This document shows, piece by piece, positions 8,675-16,639 of a DNA stretch of 64,000 nucleotides. The translations under genes and the position numbers were made by a program. The notes beneath the pieces are model-generated. The model did not search any database, was not told the DNA's origin, and saw only the letters and a program-made list of their open reading frames with translations. Source of the stretch: an uncultured Flavobacteriales bacterium (GTDB lineage Bacteria > Bacteroidota > Bacteroidia > Flavobacteriales_D > Crocinitomicaceae); assembly GCA_938092255.1 (NCBI GenBank), contig CALKHF010000043.1, forward strand, positions 73 to 64,072, read 5' to 3'. The first letter of the stretch is position 1, and each line of letters begins with the position of its first letter.

Positions 8675-9752
8675 ATGACATTTGGATTTTAAATTCGAAC
8701 TTGCGCCCTGAAGAAATATGGGAGTGATCATCAAAGACATTTGTATAATATTCTACCTGAGCCTTTAAATTCAAATTCTCCGAGTATTCATATTTATACC
8801 CGAGAATAAATTTCATCCTATCGTAGGGATAGGTATGAAGATCTTTTTCGCCCGAATATAAGATATCGAATCCTGTAAAAGCAACATTTTTTTCAAGAAA
8901 CCTCCTTCCAAGATAAATGTAGTTTGACACATTATTTGACGTCCCAAGCGTATCTGTGTTCGTTCTATTAAAGCTAAATTCGTTTAAAAATTCCCACTTT
9001 TCTCCATAATAAGCAAATGACGCGTTCAGCATATGAAAATCTAAAGCCCCAGAATACGTATTCATTTGATGTTCATCATCACCATGACTGTGAGCTGCCA
9101 TATTCGATGCATCCTTCATTGAAGTAACATAATAGCTGAATCCATATCGTATTTCATCGATAGGCTTCCAATGAATAGCCGCAGTTAAAGATGTCTCGTC
9201 AAAAACATTGTAAATGTCCTCTGAGCCCATGCCACTTCCAATTAAAAAATCATAACCAAAATTGTTTTTACCAATATTTTGTCCTTGTAATCGCATCCCA
9301 AAAGTGTGTACAGGAATCCACTTCGAAAACATTAGAGGACGGTCAATCGTTGGGAAGAACAATCTTGCATGAAAATAAACATCATTCCAATAGTTTACCG
9401 GTGTGTGAAATTTCCCTAAAATCAGAGAATGATTCTGAAAATAATTATACTTTAATCTTAATCTTTCAATATTTAACCTATAATTTCCATGACCAGAATA
9501 ATTTAAGGTAATCTCTCCTAAAAAAGAAAAATTATCATTGAACTTGCCATTGATAAATAATTCCTGTTCACCCAACTTGAAATTGGAATACGTAGTGTCT
9601 GAGAAAACAGATTCAAAATTAATATGCCCATAAGCGTTTAGTCTTGCACTCATTTTTTGGGCATACAAACTATTGGAAAAAACAAAAAGAAAAAAACACC
9701 AAACCAATGGTTTTATTAGCCGTTTTACATTAAGATTTTTAATTTGTTTCAT
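8664..9752 (-). CDS. Outer-membrane beta-barrel (porin-like) protein with His/Asp-rich loops
   Basis: 362 aa. It has a signal peptide ending LYAQ and an alternating hydrophobic/polar strand pattern throughout. Two loops are His/Asp-rich: AAHSHGDDEHQ and DDHSHISSG. The family is not identified. Confidence 0.62.
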   Translation of the reverse strand: MKQIKNLNVKRLIKPLVWCFFLFVFSNSLYAQKMSARLNAYGHINFESVFSDTTYSNFKLGEQELFINGKFNDNFSFLGEITLNYSGHGNYRLNIERLRLKYNYFQNHSLILGKFHTPVNYWNDVYFHARLFFPTIDRPLMFSKWIPVHTFGMRLQGQNIGKNNFGYDFLIGSGMGSEDIYNVFDETSLTAAIHWKPIDEIRYGFSYYVTSMKDASNMAAHSHGDDEHQMNTYSGALDFHMLNASFAYYGEKWEFLNEFSFNRTNTDTLGTSNNVSNYIYLGRRFLEKNVAFTGFDILYSGEKDLHTYPYDRMKFILGYKYEYSENLNLKAQVEYYTNVFDDHSHISSGRKFEFKIQMSYGL

Positions 9753-9783
9753 TCTAAGAAGAGTTGTTTTTTTTGTTGATTTC

Positions 9784-10197
9784 CTAAGAAATTGATTTTG
9801 CGTTGACTAATTTTAAGATTGCATCACGTAGTTCATCTTCATCCCATGGCTTTTCAATAAATTTCTCTAATAAATTGTCTTTCTCGAGCTCACTTACCTG
9901 AGTGGAATTTGCTTGCCCAGATAACATTAGACAATTTAAATCTTTGTACTTTGATTTAATTTTTCTGATCAATTCTGCGCCAGTCATCTCAGGCATTTGA
10001 TAATCAACCAGCACGAAGATAATGTCAATTTCCTCATCAATAAGCGTGTCAATATCTAACAAGGCATCATTTGGGTTCGTGTAAAACTCGATGAGTATGC
10101 CCTTGTTATTTAAAATTTTATCCAATTGGAATGCCAAGACTTGCAAAATCATTGGATCATCATCTACACATATGACTGCATACCTTAATTCTTTCAT
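9784..10197 (-). CDS. Response regulator, receiver domain only (RR1), paralogue of 4367..4774
   Basis: 137 aa. It shares blocks with RR2: YAVICVDDDP, IDIIFVLVDYQMPEMTGA, LSGQAN, KPWDEDEL. Its start overlaps the HK1 stop (ATGA). Confidence 0.9.
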   Translation of the reverse strand: MKELRYAVICVDDDPMILQVLAFQLDKILNNKGILIEFYTNPNDALLDIDTLIDEEIDIIFVLVDYQMPEMTGAELIRKIKSKYKDLNCLMLSGQANSTQVSELEKDNLLEKFIEKPWDEDELRDAILKLVNAKSIS

Positions 10198-13100
10198 TTT
10201 TCTTTTTTAAATGTTATTTTAAATTGCGTCCATTCTTCATTAGAATTCACAGAGATTTTAGCATTGTGCTCTTCCAATACATTTTTAACTATACTTAAGC
10301 CCAAACCTGAACCATTTCTTTTTCCTTTTGTCGTATAAAATTTATCAAATATTTTATCTAAACTATCATAAGGAATGACTGGACCATTATTCTCTACGAT
10401 AATTGAAAATGTTTGACTATTATTTTTTGAATATACATTCAATTTCTTTAATCCGGTCATATCTTCCATACATTCAATGGAGTTTTTAATTAAGTTGGAC
10501 CAAAGTTGAAACAAACGAACATCAAGTCCTGTAATCTCTATTTGATTATCCACTTCAAAATTTAGGTCAATGTTATTCTTTATATTGTGATTGAAAATAT
10601 TTAAAACGGTCTGAATATTAGTATTCAAATTAACCAATCCCATTTTGGTGTTTTTCTTCTCTTTAATAAAAGATCGCAAATCTTGAACAACCAAAGACGC
10701 TCTTTCTCCAGAACTCTGAATGGTCTCAACAAAAGAAAATATGATCTGAAAATCATACAAAAATGTCAGTAATGCATTAGTGTTATTCGCTTTTAGTATA
10801 AATTCAATTGCGTCCAACATCGTTGTTGAAATGCGATTTTTTACAAATAGCATCGCCGTGTTACTCAAGTTTTCTTTTCGAATTGTATTTGCCAAATGAT
10901 GATTTTCAAGAAACTCTGTAAACGCATTCGTTTCTTTTCTGAACTGAAGTCCACCGATATATAAATCAAGTTTCTTATTCTCTGAAAATTCAAGTGCAAA
11001 ATTGATTTCATCAACACTAAACTGTGAAAAATCTTCATTAAACAATTTAGATAAGGTGTACTTTATATTGTCCGCACCACTTCTTATCGCCCCTAATGGC
11101 GTATTTAAATCATGAGCTACTCCTGCTGCTAGTTCACCAATAGTCACCATTTTTTCTTGATCTCGAAGAGAATTTGAAAGCTCAATATTTTTAGCAGTCT
11201 TCTCTTGAACGAGCCTTTCGAGGTTAGTATTTAGATCTTGAATGGTGTTTTCATTTTTTTTACGATCCGTAATATCAAATTCAACCATCATAAATCCAGA
11301 ATGCTCAAGTTCTTCGTTGTACAAAGGCTGAACATTTAAGTCTACCCAATATTCCTTGCCTTGTTTTGAAATTCGCAACAATTCGATGGAGGCCACTTTT
11401 TTTTGATCCATGGCCTTTGTGATTTTTTTAATATCACCACGACTTTTAAGGATTCGAGCAAGTTTCAATGATTGCATCCCAGTAAATTCCTCCAAATTAT
11501 ATCCAGAACGATTCAAAAATGCCACATTGGCCCACAATACCTCTCTATTCTTATTTAGCATTAATACTCCATTATTGGTGTTTTTTGCTACCAATGAAAG
11601 TCGTACGTTTTCCTCCTCTGCCAATACCCGTTTCGTAATATCTGTTCCATAACCAATGATATATTTAACATTTCCGAAATCATCAAACAAGGGTCCCATT
11701 GACCTTTGTATTATCTCACGACTACCGTTTTTTTGAGAAAATTCATCCGTCCAATTGATAAACATTTTTCCTTCCAAAATACTTGAGAATTTTTTTCGGC
11801 GTTCATGTGCCTTATCATTAGGTAGTTTTTTTAATTTGAAATAATCAAAATCATCTTTCCCAATCATGTAAGATCTGATTTTCTCGTCTTTTATTCCTTT
11901 AGGATTGATATATACATATTTGTGATTGGTATCAAATACAGCAATGTCAGCAGGAAGATTGTCCAATATGAATTCATAAAACTCTTTTTGTTCTTTCATT
12001 TCGTCTCTTAAACGAATTAGCTCATCATTATTTTCATTAACCCTCTTAATAAAGCTTGTTATATTAGAGGCATATATATTAACATATTCCATCTCTTCAA
12101 CATAAACAATTGTTAAAGAAAAAAATCTGCCATTTCTACTTTCTATAATGGACTTTGTACTTTTGTGTTTTAAGGCTTCAAGAAGCTTTCTTTTTAGTGC
12201 CTCATCAAAAACACCGTTATTCCGAATTTTAAAATCATTATTAAAATGATTCAAACTCGCTGGGTTATTGTAAACAACTTTCAACTCTTTTGAAAACCTA
12301 AGAATAGGGTTGGGATTCTCTGATGGAAATTTTGACAATTCACCAATTTCTTTTTGTGCTTGACGCAATTCAACATTTCTTTTGACCAAGTTATCAGAAA
12401 TGGCTCTTGCCTCTTTCAGACTCTTTTCTGAAGTCTGCTGAAGAAACATATATTCAGCAATATAATCATGTTTTGAAAAGTCATTTAAGACCAAATTGTA
12501 ATTTCTTAAAGTATATTTCGTATTAATTACAGGAGATGCTGAAATAATCATTTCCCCTTCAAAAATCAAAAATGAAAACTTATACCGCTGTTTGTCCTGT
12601 TTATCTGTAAAAAAATAGATCTTATCATTCGTCTCTTTTCGATTAAATTGCCCCTTTATATCAAAATTTTGTTCAAAAACTATAGTATCCGTTATTTTAT
12701 CCTCGCACTTAAGAGCGGTTAGCGAAGTCTTGAAATTCGGTCCGATATCCTTAATCAAAGAGTCAATGTCAATCTTAATGTAAAATCCATTATTAATTTC
12801 AAGCATTTGATTTAAACAAGAACGCTTATTAAGGAATAATTTCTCTTTTTCAAAAACGAATAGAATGCTTTTTAATAGGACCTTCAGAGTTTTATTTTCT
12901 TTCCTATCGAAATTCAACTTTTTTTGCCCTGTAAAACTCAATACCCCAATCAATTTTTGAGCATTGCTGTAAATAGGTATACCGAAATAATGACATTTGA
13001 CTCCTTTTATGTTAAAAACACCTGCCATTTCACCCTCTTCAAAAACTTGGTTCAACATCCTTGATAAACCCGTTTTTAAATCATCATATGCTCCAATTGC

Positions 13101-13232
13101 TGAAACCAAACTAAATTTATTATCGTCAAAAAAATGGAGAAGGACCGTATCAGACAAAGAGACGTCCGAAATAAGCTCAACTATTTCATCGAGATCTTTG
13201 CTTACCTTTATAATGTCATGCGTGAATTTCAT
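10194..13232 (-). CDS. Soluble multi-sensor histidine kinase (HK1): N-terminal GAF-like, 3 PAS-like, DHp with insertion, HATPase
   Basis: 1012 aa with no convincing TM helix. It has PAS-type blocks (ENPNPILRF.., LPADIAVFD.., FDITDRKKNE). The H-box is AGVAHDLNTPLG and the G-box is GSGLGLSIVKNVLEEH. The gene starts 30 nt downstream of the H-NOX gene. Confidence 0.9.
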   Translation of the reverse strand: MKFTHDIIKVSKDLDEIVELISDVSLSDTVLLHFFDDNKFSLVSAIGAYDDLKTGLSRMLNQVFEEGEMAGVFNIKGVKCHYFGIPIYSNAQKLIGVLSFTGQKKLNFDRKENKTLKVLLKSILFVFEKEKLFLNKRSCLNQMLEINNGFYIKIDIDSLIKDIGPNFKTSLTALKCEDKITDTIVFEQNFDIKGQFNRKETNDKIYFFTDKQDKQRYKFSFLIFEGEMIISASPVINTKYTLRNYNLVLNDFSKHDYIAEYMFLQQTSEKSLKEARAISDNLVKRNVELRQAQKEIGELSKFPSENPNPILRFSKELKVVYNNPASLNHFNNDFKIRNNGVFDEALKRKLLEALKHKSTKSIIESRNGRFFSLTIVYVEEMEYVNIYASNITSFIKRVNENNDELIRLRDEMKEQKEFYEFILDNLPADIAVFDTNHKYVYINPKGIKDEKIRSYMIGKDDFDYFKLKKLPNDKAHERRKKFSSILEGKMFINWTDEFSQKNGSREIIQRSMGPLFDDFGNVKYIIGYGTDITKRVLAEEENVRLSLVAKNTNNGVLMLNKNREVLWANVAFLNRSGYNLEEFTGMQSLKLARILKSRGDIKKITKAMDQKKVASIELLRISKQGKEYWVDLNVQPLYNEELEHSGFMMVEFDITDRKKNENTIQDLNTNLERLVQEKTAKNIELSNSLRDQEKMVTIGELAAGVAHDLNTPLGAIRSGADNIKYTLSKLFNEDFSQFSVDEINFALEFSENKKLDLYIGGLQFRKETNAFTEFLENHHLANTIRKENLSNTAMLFVKNRISTTMLDAIEFILKANNTNALLTFLYDFQIIFSFVETIQSSGERASLVVQDLRSFIKEKKNTKMGLVNLNTNIQTVLNIFNHNIKNNIDLNFEVDNQIEITGLDVRLFQLWSNLIKNSIECMEDMTGLKKLNVYSKNNSQTFSIIVENNGPVIPYDSLDKIFDKFYTTKGKRNGSGLGLSIVKNVLEEHNAKISVNSNEEWTQFKITFKKEK

Positions 13233-13262
13233 GAAAGTAAAAACATCTTTAACCGGAAATAT

Positions 13263-13805
13263 TTACCATGTTATTAGAAACACATGTGGTTTATCCTCTT
13301 TCGACTTTTCCTCAATTTGCTCAATTTGAACCACCATATCAAATCTTTTACCTAAGCCCCGAATCAAACCATAAAGCATCGGAATCAACCCTTCTCGATG
13401 AGACCTGTATTCCAATTCAACTGAATTGGATTTTTCATTCCTGGTAGTAAACATTGGCGGCTTCAATTCGGGCATCATATTCGCAATTCTATAATGCAAC
13501 ATATCCAAATTTCCCAAAAATTCAACAAAAGTTTTTCCTGATAGATCCATCAAGTTTCCATACCCTTGGTCGGCAGTATATAAAATCCAATATTCACCAA
13601 AAGCTTCTAGTACATCTTTGGCATCAGCCTTCAGAACTTGCGAAACAGCTCCAACTAGTGTAAAAGTTAATTTATCTGGATAAGGACTCATACTGATGAA
13701 GTCTCCTTCATGGAATTCTGCGATATCACAAACCTTTTGCCAGGCTTCTTCTCCGTGATTCTCGGTCACCAAATCTTTAATTGCTTTATTTACAAGGCCA
13801 TACAT
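13263..13805 (-). CDS. hnoX: H-NOX (heme nitric oxide/oxygen binding, HNOB) sensor protein
   Basis: 180 aa. The N-terminus MYGLVNKAIKDLV resembles sGC beta1 MYGFVNHAL. The proximal-His context is FLGNLDMLH(104)YR. The heme-propionate motif is Y133-x-S135-x-R137 (EYRSHR), followed by GLIPMLYGLIRG. Confidence 0.85.
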   Translation of the reverse strand: MYGLVNKAIKDLVTENHGEEAWQKVCDIAEFHEGDFISMSPYPDKLTFTLVGAVSQVLKADAKDVLEAFGEYWILYTADQGYGNLMDLSGKTFVEFLGNLDMLHYRIANMMPELKPPMFTTRNEKSNSVELEYRSHREGLIPMLYGLIRGLGKRFDMVVQIEQIEEKSKEDKPHVFLITW

Positions 13806-14037
13806 ACAGTAAGAGTTAAATTTTAATAGTCCACTAAATTAAGGAATCGATTCGTTAAAAAAAATAAAAAATTCAATACAACCGAAATATATTTATTTGA
13901 TATTGAAAATAACGAACTCAATACAAAATATAGTAATGAGGTCAAACCTTATCAAATCTATAGCAATGATGTGTTTTTAATTTTGTAATTTTGTCGAAAC
14001 TAAAGCGCTTAAACTACGCTAAAACTCTTATAACTAA

Positions 14038-16548
14038 TTGAAAAATAGAAAGATACACTTTGTATTGTACTATTATCTACTTGCTGTTACAGTAATTGCA
14101 ACATCAACACCAAGTCTCAATGCTCAAGTTTTTATTACAAAACCCAGTTTGACTTTTGGAGTTTGCTCATTCCCTTCAAATTACCACCAACTTGAAAATA
14201 TCATTATCATTGAAAATGCGAGAGATGATTTTTCTGCAACAGGAACGAATCCAAAATCATTAGAATTGTCGTCCCCGAGTGGTTTTGAATTTAGACCCGG
14301 GACTGGTTTTGTAACAGTGAATTCAGGAGGAAATCTATCCATAATTAGTTTTAATTGTACTGCTACATTGATTACTATCGAATACGCCTGTACTCAGGAA
14401 AATAAAAATGATAAAATGACAATCATTGGGCTTGAAATTAGGGCAATTAATGCTGCATCGACAGGAAACATTACCAAGTCAGGAGGTACAGGTATCATTA
14501 ATGGCTTAACAAATGGAGAGGCTCTTACTGCAGAAATTAGTTCATCGGATGAATCAAGTTTTCCGAACAGATATTCAACAGTAAACTACAGAAATGGTTA
14601 TTTGTCATGGTCTGACCCTACTACTTGGGAATGTGGGGTTGTTCCACCAAACGACGGGTCTGCTGAGATTTTTATTAATGCCTATCAAGGCTCATTTAGC
14701 ACCAATAATTGTTTGATTTATGACCAAAACATAAATGTATCGAGTATCGAGGTTTCAGAAAATGCCAACTTATCTCCTGGTATTTCCGGAGACAAAACCC
14801 TTACGATTCAAAATAATTTCAGCATTCAGTCGAATGGAAGCCTTAGAAATATTAATTGGATTCAAAATGGCACGAATACCATACAAATTGGTGGAGATTT
14901 TTTAAACAATGGTTTTATGAGTACCGATGGTGCTAATAATTCATATAATTTGGAAATAGAAATGAATGGCTCTGTCCCACAACTTATTTCAGGTATAGGC
15001 TCTTTTAGGATGATTGGCAGCGGAAATGGAACAAGTAGTTTAACAATAAAGTCTGGTGCTGATGTTACCATGGATGCAACTTTTAGGACAAATGATGATA
15101 ATGGAATACCTGGCACTGTCATTATTGATGGAATTTTAAGGTTTTCAGATGAGTCCGATGTCTTTAATGGACTAGGAAATCTTGTACTAAATGGTTACAC
15201 AGAATTAAAAGCAAGCGCATTTAACGATCATTACCAACTCAATGGCACAAAAATCATCAATACCGTTACAAGCACAATAGAATTTACAAATAGTACTTCA
15301 TCTATTTCTATTTCAAATATTCCCTCAACAATTATAGGTAGTCTTGTAAACAATGTTTCTAATAGTGGGAATTTAAATATACTGGATAATATTGTCGTCT
15401 CAGAAACATTAACAATGCAAACCGGAAACATTATTACATCTAGTAACACCATTTCAATTGGTTCTTCAACAGCTCAAATTGGCTCTTTAAATTATCAAAG
15501 TGGATTCATTGAAGGAATTCTTAAAAGATGGTTTATAGGAACCAACTCGGGTCCGAGTTCAGGCCTATACCCAATTTCGAATAATGGAATCAATAAAAGA
15601 TTTGTGACCATTGAATATACCGAAGCCACCGATGGCGGATCCTTAAAAAACGAATGGATAAATACCGAAATGGGATATAATTTAAATGGAGATACTATTC
15701 CGACAAATTGCAATGGCTCATTTTTAATTGAAAATACTGATAACGGATACTGGGAGATAACACCCAATGATGGCATTACTACTACAGAAAACAAAGCATA
15801 CAACATTACCATTGAAGGAGAAGGAATACTGAGCTTGGTTGATGATTGTCATGTCACTATTCTTAAACGTGCTGGAAGCAATCCATGGGGCGCTCCAGGA
15901 ATACATATTGACAACACCGGTGATGCCGTGAGTCCAGTAGTTAAAAGAACGAACGTAACGGGGTGGAGTAATTGGGGTCTTGCTGGGGGGCCAGGAGATC
16001 CTTTGCCCGTCGAATTAAGCAGCTTTAATACCATTTGTGATGATGAATCAATACTGATCAATTGGGTGACACAATCCGAATACAATTCAAGTCATTTCGA
16101 GCTTATGAAATCGAGAGACGGCTATACATGGGAAAGTATTCACAATGAGTCTGGGGCAGGATTTAGCACTTCTGAAATCACTTATTCCTATTTGGACCAA
16201 TCTTTCCAAGATTGTTATTATAAATTGGTTCAATATGATATTGATGGTGAAAATGAAACATACGGCCCCATCCATTCAGGATGTAGTAATCAAAATTCTT
16301 ATATAACTACCCACCCGAACCCCAGCTCCGAAAGCTTTAATTTAATAATTAACGACGGCAAGTTTTTTGGAGAGACGGAAGTCGAATATTATGATACCCA
16401 AGGAAAAGTGATTAAACATGACATCATTAATCTCAAAGACGGTATTAATCTTTTTGTTATTGATGCATCAGAATTTAAACAAGGTGTCTACATGATCAAA
16501 ATTAGAAATAGAAATCATGAAAAAGTCCTAAAACATATCGTTCGTTGA
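14038..16548 (+). CDS. T9SS cargo protein with type A (Por_Secre_tail) C-terminal sorting domain
   Basis: 836 aa with a TTG start and a signal peptide ending LNAQ. The body is rich in Asn/Ser/Gly/Thr and looks like repetitive beta structure. The module before the CTD reads PLPVELSSF...W.T.SEYNSSHFELMKSRDG. The C-terminus HPNPSSESFNLII...GVYMIKI matches the type A CTD pattern. Confidence 0.85.
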   Translation: MKNRKIHFVLYYYLLAVTVIATSTPSLNAQVFITKPSLTFGVCSFPSNYHQLENIIIIENARDDFSATGTNPKSLELSSPSGFEFRPGTGFVTVNSGGNLSIISFNCTATLITIEYACTQENKNDKMTIIGLEIRAINAASTGNITKSGGTGIINGLTNGEALTAEISSSDESSFPNRYSTVNYRNGYLSWSDPTTWECGVVPPNDGSAEIFINAYQGSFSTNNCLIYDQNINVSSIEVSENANLSPGISGDKTLTIQNNFSIQSNGSLRNINWIQNGTNTIQIGGDFLNNGFMSTDGANNSYNLEIEMNGSVPQLISGIGSFRMIGSGNGTSSLTIKSGADVTMDATFRTNDDNGIPGTVIIDGILRFSDESDVFNGLGNLVLNGYTELKASAFNDHYQLNGTKIINTVTSTIEFTNSTSSISISNIPSTIIGSLVNNVSNSGNLNILDNIVVSETLTMQTGNIITSSNTISIGSSTAQIGSLNYQSGFIEGILKRWFIGTNSGPSSGLYPISNNGINKRFVTIEYTEATDGGSLKNEWINTEMGYNLNGDTIPTNCNGSFLIENTDNGYWEITPNDGITTTENKAYNITIEGEGILSLVDDCHVTILKRAGSNPWGAPGIHIDNTGDAVSPVVKRTNVTGWSNWGLAGGPGDPLPVELSSFNTICDDESILINWVTQSEYNSSHFELMKSRDGYTWESIHNESGAGFSTSEITYSYLDQSFQDCYYKLVQYDIDGENETYGPIHSGCSNQNSYITTHPNPSSESFNLIINDGKFFGETEVEYYDTQGKVIKHDIINLKDGINLFVIDASEFKQGVYMIKIRNRNHEKVLKHIVR

Positions 16549-16639
16549 TGTGTTTTAACTAAGAATTGTAAATCTTGATATTCTTATTAGAATCGTTTAA
16601 TTACATTTCCTAAATCTTTAACTATTTTTGCAGTCTATT

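Noticed and set aside
16560-16586. Hairpin TAAGAAT-N13-ATTCTTA downstream of the T9SS cargo gene as a terminator
   Set aside because: The stem is almost entirely A-T (one G-C pair) and has no following T-tract. It is too weak to call.
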